Shown here: one piece after another, positions 48,678 to 58,864 of the stretch
Numbering within the stretch: the first letter of the stretch is position 1
How the letters are laid out: the number at the start of each line of letters is the position of its first letter
DNA from: Candidatus Dadabacteria bacterium CSP1-2
GTDB lineage: Bacteria; Desulfobacterota_D; UBA1144; Nemesobacterales; CSP1-2
Length of the DNA: 64,000 bases
Direction of reading: 5' to 3'
Assembly (NCBI GenBank): GCA_001443445.1
Contig: LDXN01000003.1
Coordinates: forward strand, 14,173 to 78,172
Translations under genes and position numbers: made by a program
The notes under the pieces: generated by a model
What the model was told of the DNA's origin: nothing
Databases searched by the model: none
What the model saw: the letters and a program-made list of their open reading frames with translations, nothing else

Positions 48678-48749
48678 CCGTTTATGGTTCGACAACCTCA
48701 CCTCGAACGGCTTGGTTTAAATACCGTCCGCCCTGAGCATGTCGAAGGG
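48678..48749. repeat. Pair of TTCGAC/GCTCA palindromic elements between convergent leuS and thiE
   Basis: tggttcgacaacctcacctcgaacgg ... ccgtccgccctgagcatgtcgaaggg. Confidence 0.75.
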
Positions 48750-48793
48750 AGTTTTTGTTTGCCTGGATCCTATCAACAAAAATTAATAGTGTA

Positions 48794-49417
48794 CTAGCAA
48801 AAAAAATCAGCGAGATTACGTGCAGCTTCTTCAGGGTTAGGTGAGCTAAAAACTGCTGTAATTACTGCAATCCCGTCTACACCTGTTTCTAAAACAGATT
48901 TTGCATTCCCCTTTGTTATTCCTCCGATAGCGAATATTGGAATCGTTTTTATCCTTCTCTTCGCTTCTTTTAGGATCTCAAAGGGGGTGGTTTTTCTATC
49001 TGGTTTTGTTGGTGTAAAAAATGGGGTTCCAAAAGCCAAATAATCTGCCCCTTCCTTCTCAGCCTGTAAGCCCCTTTCAATATCGCCATAACAAGAAACA
49101 CCTATTATCGCTTCACCACCGAGAATTTTTCTTGCCTCTGAAATCTCTGTGTCATCTTTTCCAAGGTGAACCCCGTCTGCTCCTATTTCCATAGCAAGCT
49201 TTGGCGAATCATTGATGATTAGAGGAATTCCATATCTTCTTGTTATTTTAAGAAGTTCTTTTCCCAGTCTTATGATTTCTTCTTCGGGAGTATCCTTTTC
49301 TCTAAGCTGGATGATTTTAGCTCCGCCTCGAATGGCTTTTTCTACGGTCTCTATAAACCTATCTCTTGGAATGAGTTTTTGATCAGTTATAACATAGAGT
49401 CCTTTGAGTATGTACAT
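48794..49417 (-). CDS. thiE: Thiamine-phosphate synthase
   Basis: GLYVIT, QLREK, IIND, GVHLG.DD, TPTK, AIGGI. Confidence 0.95.
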   Translation of the reverse strand: MYILKGLYVITDQKLIPRDRFIETVEKAIRGGAKIIQLREKDTPEEEIIRLGKELLKITRRYGIPLIINDSPKLAMEIGADGVHLGKDDTEISEARKILGGEAIIGVSCYGDIERGLQAEKEGADYLAFGTPFFTPTKPDRKTTPFEILKEAKRRIKTIPIFAIGGITKGNAKSVLETGVDGIAVITAVFSSPNPEEAARNLADFFC

Positions 49418-49535
49418 TATTGATTTTAGAGTATCCCATTTGAGATTTTTCTACAAATTATTATTTAATGTGTTTTCTTGACAGCAGTTTATTCTACGTG
49501 ATATTATCGTCTACTCCCTAAATGTGAGGGTATAA

Positions 49536-50411
49536 ATGAAAATATTGAGAAGTGTATTATTGCTTTTTGCCCTGCTTGTATTAATATCGTCATCACAAGG
49601 GTGTGGTAATTCTGATTGTGTACTTACGGGTTTCGTTAATTGTGGTGGTGGTGGTGGTGCTGATAAGAGCATAATTAATGGAACAGTTGTACCTCCTGTT
49701 ATAGGTGGTCCTGGGGTTTCCGGAATCAAGGTTATAGCTGAACGGAATAACGAAAGGGTAGCCAGCGATACTACTAATTCTGAGGGTGAATTTAAACTCA
49801 AGGTTCGTGAGGGGGATATAACCCTACTATTCGAAATACTCGGTGAAGTTACTCTTGGTAGAGCTTTTACTATCACTGAGGATAGTGAGGTTTTTTTAGA
49901 AGTGAGTCTAGATCTAGGACTAAATCAAATAGAAGTCGAGGATTGGGATGTTGTACAAGATCCTATACGTTGTGATAGCAACCAAAGTTTTATAATAGAC
50001 GAGGATGATTTAGTAGATTTTACAGTGGATGGTAACGGGAAGGATTGTATAAGGGCTCAAGGAGATTGCTTTATTGATATTGTAGTTCAGAATATTACGC
50101 TTGACGTTTGCAACGAGGGCATTCTTGCAGAAGGCAGCGCCAACGTGAATCTTGAAGCGCTCGCAGTTCCAACATTAACTATTGACGCTGAAGGTAATGG
50201 CATTCATACAAAAGGTGATTCGTCTGTTACGCTTATTGGTGGGGATATTTTTGTAACGTCTGCTGATAGTAATGGTATTTTGGCTACAGATGACTCAAAT
50301 GTCGATGTTATTCCGACTGGTGATTGTACTATTGAGGGTGGTGATAAGGCTGTAAATGAACAAGATGCCGCTATGATAGATCCAGATGGTTGTACACTTG
50401 TACAACCATAG
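49536..50411 (+). CDS. Acidic putative lipoprotein, possible beta-helix C-terminus
   Basis: Lipobox-like SQGC, poly-Gly, repeated (D/N)GI.A motifs. Confidence 0.7.
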   Translation: MKILRSVLLLFALLVLISSSQGCGNSDCVLTGFVNCGGGGGADKSIINGTVVPPVIGGPGVSGIKVIAERNNERVASDTTNSEGEFKLKVREGDITLLFEILGEVTLGRAFTITEDSEVFLEVSLDLGLNQIEVEDWDVVQDPIRCDSNQSFIIDEDDLVDFTVDGNGKDCIRAQGDCFIDIVVQNITLDVCNEGILAEGSANVNLEALAVPTLTIDAEGNGIHTKGDSSVTLIGGDIFVTSADSNGILATDDSNVDVIPTGDCTIEGGDKAVNEQDAAMIDPDGCTLVQP

Positions 50412-50560
50412 TAGATATAGATGGCAACTAAATGCGTTTCACCTCTACAAATATATCTTTGTAACATAACTTTATCTGTCAGGGACTTTAATGCTATATT
50501 TTCATGGCTAAATGCTTTTTTCACAACCAAATGATAAAGGCTTGAAATCGTGATAAAGTT

Positions 50561-51538
50561 TTGATAAAATCGAATGGTCAGGGTGAATCTTTTATAAACT
50601 CAATAAGGAGGTATGGTAGGATGCAGGCACATAAAAGAGGTATTCTTTATTTCAAAACCGCAGTTGTATTCTTAGTAGTTTTAACGGTCTTTTGTATCTC
50701 TGCAAATGGTGTTAGGGCAGCAGGACCAATGATCCCCAACTCATTCTTTCTTGAGAATCCCTATTCTTATACAGGTTTTAGGGCAAATGTAGAGGTGGTG
50801 GATTTAGATGACCCACCTGGTGGGGTTTTAATAATGAATCAATACAGGGTGGACATAAACTTATATCAAAACCTCTTCGGCTTATATGCAAAGTTTCCCT
50901 TTGCTGGTGTAATTGATTTTGGTCCAGACTCTGAATTTAACTTAACAGAGAAACAAGATGATTATGATTTTGGAAATATTGGAATCGGTGGCAAATTTGC
51001 GTTACTAAATCTTGATTACTTAATTCTAACAGCCGGTTTTGAGGTTATATTGCCCACAGCAAGCGATGACCTGGGCGCGCAGGCGGCACAGGCTTATTTT
51101 AGAGATTTTGTCAATTTTATAGATGAGGCTATAACCCTAGACCCCTATTTGGTGTTAGGGGTTGGTTCTGGGATGTTTGCCCTGCAAGGTAATCTAGATT
51201 TTGATATAATTACAAATGCCGACAAGATTGATACAATCGGGATAATCAACACAGGTGGAGACGACATTGAGCTTATAATAGAGTATGGAGGCACTGCTAG
51301 CATAACACCCCCTCTTAATCTCCCATTTTCAACTACAATTCTCGTAGAGGTGCTTGCAGAGTCTACAACAACGTTTGATGACAACTTTACGGCGGTTTAC
51401 GTAACCCCCGGTCTCAGGTTTGGTGGGCAGATAGTAAGCGTTGGAGCGGGAGTTCAAATTCCAGTTGCTGATAACGAAGTAACTGATTTTGCAAATGTAG
51501 ATTTTCTTTTTGACCTCATAATAAGGTTTGGGAGCTGA
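50561..51538 (+). CDS. Putative outer-membrane beta-barrel protein
   Basis: Signal-like N-terminus, alternating amphipathic strands, C-terminal DLIIRF. Confidence 0.6.
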   Translation: MIKSNGQGESFINSIRRYGRMQAHKRGILYFKTAVVFLVVLTVFCISANGVRAAGPMIPNSFFLENPYSYTGFRANVEVVDLDDPPGGVLIMNQYRVDINLYQNLFGLYAKFPFAGVIDFGPDSEFNLTEKQDDYDFGNIGIGGKFALLNLDYLILTAGFEVILPTASDDLGAQAAQAYFRDFVNFIDEAITLDPYLVLGVGSGMFALQGNLDFDIITNADKIDTIGIINTGGDDIELIIEYGGTASITPPLNLPFSTTILVEVLAESTTTFDDNFTAVYVTPGLRFGGQIVSVGAGVQIPVADNEVTDFANVDFLFDLIIRFGS

Positions 51539-51666
51539 CCTCCTTAGGCATTAGTTAGGGCTTATAATATTTACATACTAGGATGTAAGCTTAATTATTT
51601 TAAGCCAAGAATACTTTTATTTTCTAGTCACCTTTATTACTCCCCTAGGGTATCCTATTTATACCG

Positions 51667-52584
51667 ATGACTGCTGAGGCAATAGTAGTTGCAAGGGGTA
51701 TATCAAAAAGCTTTGGCTCAATCCGTGCCGTAGATGAGATTTCATTTCAGGTGACGTTAAGAGAGTGCTACGGTTTTCTCGGTCCCAATGGAGCAGGGAA
51801 GACCACTGCTATTCGTATGGTTTCTTGTCACATTCCTCTTACTTCCGGAATTCTGAATGTTTTCGGACTAGATGTAAGCCAGCATAGTAGGGAAATCAAG
51901 GCTATGGTTGGAGTAGCCCCTCAGGACAATAACCTAGACCCGGATTTAAACGTTATTGAGAATCTTGTTGTTTATTCTCGATACTTTGATATCCCAAGGA
52001 GGGAAGCGGAGAGAAGATCAAGGGAACTACTTGAATTTATGAGTATAGATGAAAGAAGAAAGGAGCAAGTAACAAGGCTCTCAGGCGGCATGCAGAGACG
52101 TCTTATAGTAGCAAGGGCGCTTATCAACGATCCTAAGCTATTGATTCTTGATGAACCTACTACAGGACTCGATCCCCAGGCAAGGCATCTTATCTGGCAG
52201 AGGCTTCGTGAGTTAAAAAGAAAGGGGGTTACTATGATCCTCACTACTCATTATATGGAGGAGGCCGAACAACTCTGCGATAGGGTTGCGGTAATGGATT
52301 CTGGAAAGATACTCGTAGAGGGTCCGCCGAGGGAACTAATAGAAAGATATGCCGGGCGAGATGTGTTTGAGGTAAGACGGGCAGAGGATAATAGGGTTCT
52401 CCTCAGGCTTCAGGGCCTTGAGTTCGGCTTTGAGAGAGCCGGAGATACGATTTACATCTTTTCAAGGGATGGCGATGAGATAGGAAGAAGGCTTCTCTCA
52501 ATAAGAGAGCTCGAGGTTCTTCATCGCCGCGCAAATTTAGAGGATGTATTTTTGAGGTTGACAGGGAGAGAATTAAGGGATTAG
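51667..52584 (+). CDS. ABC transporter ATP-binding protein (NodI/DrrA-like)
   Basis: GPNGAGKTT, LSGGM, LDEPTTGLD, TTHYMEEAE, RRANLEDVFL.LTGR. Confidence 0.93.
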   Translation: MTAEAIVVARGISKSFGSIRAVDEISFQVTLRECYGFLGPNGAGKTTAIRMVSCHIPLTSGILNVFGLDVSQHSREIKAMVGVAPQDNNLDPDLNVIENLVVYSRYFDIPRREAERRSRELLEFMSIDERRKEQVTRLSGGMQRRLIVARALINDPKLLILDEPTTGLDPQARHLIWQRLRELKRKGVTMILTTHYMEEAEQLCDRVAVMDSGKILVEGPPRELIERYAGRDVFEVRRAEDNRVLLRLQGLEFGFERAGDTIYIFSRDGDEIGRRLLSIRELEVLHRRANLEDVFLRLTGRELRD

Positions 52585-52679
52585 AAATGAGAAGACAGGA
52601 GTCAGAAGACGGAAGACAGAGTTCTGTATTCAGAAGAGTCAATTAGGCTTCTGACTCTTGGATTTTGACTTCTGAATTT
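52585..52679. repeat. 7-bp-period inverted repeat (AGTCAGA/TTCTGAC type)
   Basis: gaagacaggagtcagaagacggaagacaga ... ttctgactcttggattttgacttctgaat. Confidence 0.7.
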
Positions 52680-52712
52680 TTGTTCGTTGCTTAGTAGAAA
52701 GGATAGGAAAAA

Positions 52713-54062
52713 TCAAATTGCCTCTTTTATATTCTCAAATATCGCTTTTTTTACCATAGCTAAATCCGGTGGGAGTTCCACAGGCGTGTTAGCATGCTTA
52801 GGTATGATTCCTTCAAGCCTGCCTTCGTGGTATCCGATTTTAAATTCGACGAATTTTAGACCATGGGCCGTAGAGATTATAACGACTCTGTCATTCGGTT
52901 TAATTACGCTTCGTTCAACTAGTTTTAAGAAGGCAGCAGTCGCTACGCCGGTGTGGGGACAGTTGAAGGTTCCAGTTCTGTCTACAAGTGCGGCAGCGTT
53001 TGAGAGCTCATCTTCACTAGCCTGTTCTACTATTCCATCAAACATCTTTAGAATCTTAATGGCTTTATTCACACTCACAGGGTTTCCAATCTGGATAGCG
53101 CTCGCGAGGGTTTTTTCTGCCTTTACTGGATGGAATTCTTTAAATCCTTTGAGGTAGCTAAGATACAGTGGATTAGCGCGCTGTGCCTGAGCACAGACAA
53201 TTCGTGGAAGTTTGTTAATAAGACCAAGCTCATACATTATTATGAACCCCTTTCCTAGCGCGGAGACGTTTCCGAGATTTCCACCGGGAATGATTACCCA
53301 ATCAGGCACTTCCCAATCGAACTGCTGGCAGAGCTCGATACTTACAGTTTTCTGCCCTTCGATACGTAGAGAGTTCATGGAGTTTGCAAGATAAATATTG
53401 TGCTCAGTGCATATTCTTTGTACCATCTCCATACAGCCATCAAAATCCGTATCTAGTGATAGTACAAGAGCACCATTTGAAAGTGGTTGAACAAGTTGAG
53501 CAATAGATACCTTGTTTCTTGGAAGGAAAACAATAGCTTGAATTCCAGCTGCTGCACAATAAGCAGAAAGCGCAGCCGAGGTATCCCCAGTAGATGCGCA
53601 TGCTACGGCAGGGATATCCACTCCATCTGCTATCATCTGTTTTACAACTGAGACAAGAACAGTCATCCCCAAATCTTTAAAAGAACCAGTATGACTGTTT
53701 CCGCACATCTTTATCCAGAGATCCTCTACACCAACCTGCTTTCCAAATCTTTCGGCCCAGAAAACGTTTGAAGCCCCCTCATACATAGACACAATGTTCT
53801 CATCCTCGACGTATGGACAAACCCATTCTTTTTTACCCCAGACAGAGCTGCCATATGGCCAGTTTTGTCGTCTATAACGGTCGTCAAAAAGCCGTTTCCA
53901 TTCATCTTGGGATTTTTCCTTGAGTGGTTTTAGGTCGTGTACTACTTCAAGAAGATTACCGCATTTCTTGCATAGATAAACTATTTCATTAAGTGGATAT
54001 GTTTCATTACACCTATCATTTACACACTGGAACCAAACTCTATATTTATTATGATTTTTCAT
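52713..54062 (-). CDS. thrC: Threonine synthase (long, plant-like)
   Basis: [43 protein letters not shown]. Confidence 0.95.
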   Translation of the reverse strand: MKNHNKYRVWFQCVNDRCNETYPLNEIVYLCKKCGNLLEVVHDLKPLKEKSQDEWKRLFDDRYRRQNWPYGSSVWGKKEWVCPYVEDENIVSMYEGASNVFWAERFGKQVGVEDLWIKMCGNSHTGSFKDLGMTVLVSVVKQMIADGVDIPAVACASTGDTSAALSAYCAAAGIQAIVFLPRNKVSIAQLVQPLSNGALVLSLDTDFDGCMEMVQRICTEHNIYLANSMNSLRIEGQKTVSIELCQQFDWEVPDWVIIPGGNLGNVSALGKGFIIMYELGLINKLPRIVCAQAQRANPLYLSYLKGFKEFHPVKAEKTLASAIQIGNPVSVNKAIKILKMFDGIVEQASEDELSNAAALVDRTGTFNCPHTGVATAAFLKLVERSVIKPNDRVVIISTAHGLKFVEFKIGYHEGRLEGIIPKHANTPVELPPDLAMVKKAIFENIKEAI

Positions 54063-54121
54063 GTCCTGAGAACAAAATACACCTTTGTATTTTGGATGTC
54101 AATGTGTTGTGTGACACCTGT

Positions 54122-54589
54122 CTAAGGACTCAACGCTTTTCTTTCAAGTGCCCTTCTTTTTATTGTCTCTCCATTTTTCCAGAACTTTTTATCCTCTTCT
54201 GAAACAGGTTTCAGGATTGGGATTGGCTTTGGTCTTCCGTGTGTGTCTACTGCAACAAATACGAAATACCCTCTGCAACAGAAGTCCTTACTCTCACCAG
54301 GTTTTTCTTCTCTATATACGTCAACCTTTACGACCATCGAGGTTTTGGCTGTATAGATTACCTTGCTTCTAAGCTCGACAATGTCTCCTTGCTTAATTGG
54401 TATTTTGAAGTCGAGTGCCTCAATAGATGCAGTAACAACATTCTCGCCTGAGAAACGTATTGCTGATAAAGCTCCAGTCAGGTCCATCATCTCAACAAGT
54501 TTTCCACCAAAAATTGTTCCGTAATTATTCGTGTCGTTTGGGAAGACAAAATGGGTATTTATCACCTCGATTGATTCTTTCTCAATCAT
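54122..54589 (-). CDS. Acyl-CoA thioesterase (hotdog fold)
   Basis: VFPNDTN.YGTIFGG, FVFVAVD. Confidence 0.93.
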   Translation of the reverse strand: MIEKESIEVINTHFVFPNDTNNYGTIFGGKLVEMMDLTGALSAIRFSGENVVTASIEALDFKIPIKQGDIVELRSKVIYTAKTSMVVKVDVYREEKPGESKDFCCRGYFVFVAVDTHGRPKPIPILKPVSEEDKKFWKNGETIKRRALERKALSP

Positions 54590-54639
54590 CTTTAATCCTC
54601 CTAGAGGTCAACTGGTTCAATGCAAATCTGAATGATGAA

Positions 54640-55221
54640 CTATGGAATCCAAGGTGTGTAATCAATCTTATGAATTCTCTCAAGCGATAAAGCAACTGAT
54701 CGAGAAAGCTTTTCCCCATATTCGGAAATCCACTCAGGAGGAGCGGTGTAGTAAAAGTAATCAAGGGTCATCCATTCTCTACCGCTTAATATTCCACCGT
54801 CTACAACATTCACCAAGAAAGCAGTCATATCGCCTCCATCCATTGCATTTATAACCCTACAATCTGCATAAGAATGGGCATCCTTGAGAATCGGGCTTCC
54901 TGTTACTCCTGAGTCGTATGGAATGCCTTTAAGCTTTTCTCTTTCACGACCTGTGTAGAAGCCGAAGTTTTTTACAATCTCTAGCTGATCTTTTCTTAGA
55001 ATATGCACCGCGAAGGCTTTGCTGTTTATGATAAATTCATGTGTGTAATTCCCCTTCCAGATTCCTACAAGAAGTCTCGGAAAAGAGTAGACGATTGACG
55101 CTGTAACTACGGTTACCGCGATCTGAGCATTAACCCTACCCTGCCATGAGCTTGTGATCGCTACTACAGGGGAAAGTGACCAGAAAGCACCTGCAAGGGT
55201 AACTCCTTCTTCTTTGCTCAT
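54640..55221 (-). CDS. Flavin reductase-like protein
   Basis: VNAQIA, THEFI..SKAFAVHIL, TGSPIL, GGDMT.F. Confidence 0.85.
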   Translation of the reverse strand: MSKEEGVTLAGAFWSLSPVVAITSSWQGRVNAQIAVTVVTASIVYSFPRLLVGIWKGNYTHEFIINSKAFAVHILRKDQLEIVKNFGFYTGREREKLKGIPYDSGVTGSPILKDAHSYADCRVINAMDGGDMTAFLVNVVDGGILSGREWMTLDYFYYTAPPEWISEYGEKLSRSVALSLERIHKIDYTPWIP

Positions 55222-55362
55222 AAATAATCTCTTCCTAGTTGTAGAATATATTTTAACAAGCTTACAGCATTATCCTAAGACGGATCCATCCTTCTAGGGC
55301 TTATGTAGCCTGGTAGCATTTATATTCAGCGTTTAAAAACTAACAGGAATTAATGCTTTCTA

Positions 55363-56115
55363 TTACCAATTAAAACCGATTAAAACATATTGGTTCATAA
55401 GTGGTGTAAGATTTATATTATTACTTCCTTTGATAAATATCTTAGTAGGGTTTATTAAATAGCTTAAAGCCCTTAAAAAGCCACTGTCCCTATCTTCAAG
55501 CCAGTTTGAAGTTTCCTCAAGAATAATTCCAAAGGGTACCCCAGCCCCAGGTGTGACAATGAGGTCTTGAAGTGAGGGTGGGCGCATTATGCCTTCAATT
55601 GTATATTCAAATAGAGTACTTTGAAGAAAAGCACCAAAAGCTGAAGTAGGACGGTTATATCCAAGTGCTCTGTAATAAAGATAAATGGAAGCTCCAAAGG
55701 TAGGATGTTGGACCCAGTTTGTCATAATTCCATCGCCGTCATTCCATGCAATAGGCCCACGGCGTCCATTATTTTGAAAATGGGATATATTCTTCCACCA
55801 CCTTCTCGGGTCTATTATCAGTTGGTCATCTTTTTGCTTTACGTAAATTGCTCGAAAAACCCAGATCCCTGCGTAAGCATTTTGAGTGTCGCGTAGAAAA
55901 TCCTCAAAATCGGCAAGTGATTTAGGCCTGGTTTCTTTTTTAAGAAATATATCAGGCTTTTTTTCATTTCCCATTATATCAATAAATGTAGATTCGTCAT
56001 ATGGCTTGGCTAGTATTGGTATGTCATCGCTAAATGGTGGGTCGGCATACACACCACTATAAGAAGCCAAAAACGAGGTAAATGTTATAAGTAATAAACC
56101 TAAATGATTAATCAA
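55363..56115 (-). CDS. DUF3943-like exported/membrane protein
   Basis: DGD..TNW.QHP..GA..Y...R..GY, FEY.IE, PS.QDL.VTP..G. Confidence 0.75.
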   Translation of the reverse strand: MINHLGLLLITFTSFLASYSGVYADPPFSDDIPILAKPYDESTFIDIMGNEKKPDIFLKKETRPKSLADFEDFLRDTQNAYAGIWVFRAIYVKQKDDQLIIDPRRWWKNISHFQNNGRRGPIAWNDGDGIMTNWVQHPTFGASIYLYYRALGYNRPTSAFGAFLQSTLFEYTIEGIMRPPSLQDLIVTPGAGVPFGIILEETSNWLEDRDSGFLRALSYLINPTKIFIKGSNNINLTPLMNQYVLIGFNW

Positions 56116-56380
56116 ATATCTTCTCCACGAAAATCTAAATCAAATAATAACACCATGATTATGATTTGGGTAGTAGTTTTAATTATGCATGTGTACATTT
56201 TTTAAAACAAATCATCCTACTAGCTGACACTCCTGGCAATTCTAAGTTACATTTAGTTCTCAGAGCTTTATCGCTTAAAAATTAAGTTTCTTGACAATTA
56301 TTCATTCCTTGTGAGAGAATCATAAAATATTTCCTGACGGGGAAATTTATGATATGCCATTTTTGTAAGGAGGAAGGATA

Positions 56381-56842
56381 ATGCTAAAAGAGTTCAAAGA
56401 GTTTGCCATGCGGGGTAGTATGGCTGATATGGCCTGTGGAATTATAATTGGTGCAGCCTTTGGAACTATTGTGAAGTCGCTTGTATCGGATATTATTATG
56501 CCACCTATTGGTCTAGCCCTAGGCCACGTTGATTTCTCAAACCTCTTTATAGTTTTAAAAGAGGGAGCAACGACAGGACCGTATCCTTCAATTGCCGATG
56601 CACAAAAAGCAGGCGCTGTAACAATTAACTATGGTTTATTTGTCAATACGATCATTAGCTTTCTTATAGTTGCTTTTGCTGTGTTTCTTCTTGTGCGTAG
56701 TATGAGCAAGCTAGAGCGCCAGGAAGAAGCTCCACCTCCTGCTCCTGCAACTAAGGAGTGCTCATACTGTTTCTCAACAATTTCTATTAAGGCTACACGC
56801 TGCCCACACTGCACTTCTGAGTTGAAGGGAGTGTGGGGTTGA
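56381..56842 (+). CDS. mscL: Large-conductance mechanosensitive channel with C-terminal CxxC-CxxC
   Basis: MLKEFKEFA.RG, IIGAAFG.IV.SLV.DIIMP, INYG.F.N..I.F.I.A. Confidence 0.93.
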   Translation: MLKEFKEFAMRGSMADMACGIIIGAAFGTIVKSLVSDIIMPPIGLALGHVDFSNLFIVLKEGATTGPYPSIADAQKAGAVTINYGLFVNTIISFLIVAFAVFLLVRSMSKLERQEEAPPPAPATKECSYCFSTISIKATRCPHCTSELKGVWG

Positions 56843-56974
56843 TATTACTCATGAAATAAGAGAACGATGCTCGATTAAGGGAGATACTTAGATTTAGATT
56901 CGAACCATATGATAGGAAAAAGTAAGTATGGAAGCTTATTGATCTTGGTAGTGTGTTGTTGTCAAATGGAATTC

Positions 56975-57134
56975 AGTGGAAGCTATTTACCTATATAATG
57001 ACGATTTAGGGTTATCTCCATATAATCTTGATGCTTATATCGGGCTTGTTCGACCCTTATTCAAAAATGTGGAGCAACTCAAAGCTCTCCAACTTATAGA
57101 AAACGCTATAAAAATTGACCCTTCAAGCGAGTAA
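56975..57134 (+). pseudogene. TPR-protein remnant (not in ORF track)
   Basis: Own translation: EAIYLYNDDLGLSPYNLDAYIGLVRPLFKNVEQLKALQLIENAIKIDPSSE*; flanks carry stops. Confidence 0.55.
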
Positions 57135-57341
57135 GATAGGTCTTTATCTAGAAAAGTAAAGGAGTGTTACAGACTCAGAATATTAGATAAGCGTGTCTAA
57201 TCCTTATACCTGATGTATTAAGCTTTGCCATTGATTTTTTAATACTATCCAAATCAAAAGCTCTTGACTTAGAATTTAAAATGAGGTATGAATCATAGCA
57301 CTAAGGAATAGAAAATAGTTCCAGTTTAGGAGGTTGTATTA

Positions 57342-58082
57342 ATGAAAATGCGAAGTGTGCTGATAGCGCTGTTATCCCTACTAGTTGTTTCTGTTTACTT
57401 AGGCGGATGTGCACAACCGGATGAAGAGCTTGCCAATGCTGAAGCTGCTTTACAGGCTGCTAGAGACGCAGGAGCTCCTGAGCTAGCACCTGCCGAGTAT
57501 CAAGCTGCAGAGGATCTTATTGCAAGGGCAAAACAACTAATGGCAGCGGGAAGAAGGCAAGAGGCTCGTGAACTCCTAGAAGAGGCAAGGTATAAGGCGA
57601 TTGATGCAAAAGGGAAAGCGATGATTGCAAAATCCGAGGGGGGAATGTCTGAGGAAGAAAGGATGGCAAGAGAAGAAGAACTCAGAAAGCTTAAAGAAGG
57701 CGGTCTTTCAAGGGGAATTAATATTGGACTTCAAGATATATTCTTTGACTATGATAGAGCTGATATTAGACCAGATGCAAGGCCAGTCCTAAGGGAAAAT
57801 TCTGAAATCATACAGAACAATCCTGGTGTACTTGTAGTAGTTGAGGGATACTGTGATATACGTGGCACGGAGGAATATAACTTAGCTTTGGGTCAGAGGA
57901 GAGCTGACTCTACTAAGGCTTATCTCGTGGGACTTGGCGTTTCACCTTCAAAAACCGAGGCTGTAAGCAAGGGAGAAACTGAGCAGTGGGCTGTGGGGGC
58001 AACAGAGGCGGCGTATCAGGAGAACAGAAGAGCTCATTTTGTCCCAACATCACTACCACCACAAGCTTCTTTAGATAATTAA
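57342..58082 (+). CDS. Pal/OmpA-family lipoprotein with DUF4398-like helical domain
   Basis: Lipobox LGGC; IFFDYD, EGYCD.RGT.EYNLALGQRRA, NRRA. Confidence 0.9.
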   Translation: MKMRSVLIALLSLLVVSVYLGGCAQPDEELANAEAALQAARDAGAPELAPAEYQAAEDLIARAKQLMAAGRRQEARELLEEARYKAIDAKGKAMIAKSEGGMSEEERMAREEELRKLKEGGLSRGINIGLQDIFFDYDRADIRPDARPVLRENSEIIQNNPGVLVVVEGYCDIRGTEEYNLALGQRRADSTKAYLVGLGVSPSKTEAVSKGETEQWAVGATEAAYQENRRAHFVPTSLPPQASLDN

Positions 58083-58083
58083 A

Positions 58084-58817
58084 TTGAGACTAAGGTCTGT
58101 TTTCTCTTTAGTTTTTTTTGTAATGTTGCTTGGATGCGTTGCCACTAATGAGGATGTAAGGGGGTTATATGCGAGGCAAGCTAGGCTTGAAGCGAGAACG
58201 GAACAGTTGTCACAGGACGTTGAAGCACTCAAGACACAGGCCCAAGATTCTAATGGCAAGGAGATTAATGCTCAAATCACTCAGCTTGAGAAACAGTTAA
58301 AGAGCATGGGACAATCGTATTCGGAACTAAGGGAAAATGTTGATGTGCTTATGAAGAGAGAGACAACCTCTGTTTACCCTCCTCCATCCCGTTCTGTAAC
58401 ACCTCAGGGAAGCGGTACACTACAACCATAATAGAATCAGAGACCTCTGTGTATAGTGAAGGATATAGCAATCTAAGCCAAGGAAAATACAAGGATGCAA
58501 GAGAGCAATTTGAATTATTTATCAGCAAGTATCCAAACTCCTCTAAGGCTCCTGATGCCCAGTATTGGATTGCTGAAACCTATTATAGAGAGGGGAATTT
58601 TGAGGAAGCAATATTAGAATTTCAAGGGTTTATAGAGGCTTATCCACGGGATAGCAAGGTTCCCCTAGCTTACTTAAAACAGGGGCTTTCTCTTATTAAC
58701 ATTGGAAGAAAAGAGGAGGCTAGAATTTTCCTTCAGACTCTTATTGATAAATATCCACAATCTGAAGAGGCGAAGGTAGCACAGGAGAAGTTAAAGGGGC
58801 TTGCAGGGAAACGTTAA
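58084..58817 (+). pseudogene. cpoB: CpoB/YbgF (Tol-Pal TPR protein) split into two frames
   Basis: ORF 58084-58431: lipobox + coiled coil; ORF 58449-58817: YP.S..APDAQYW.AE..Y TPRs; second frame is open upstream into the first ORF. Confidence 0.75.
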
Positions 58818-58864
58818 TATGAGTATAATATTGCCAACAATTATCTTAAAGGAGGTGCAGTAGG

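Noticed and set aside
49418-49535. TPP riboswitch upstream of thiE
   Set aside because: Short AT-rich divergent promoter region without a recognisable TPP aptamer
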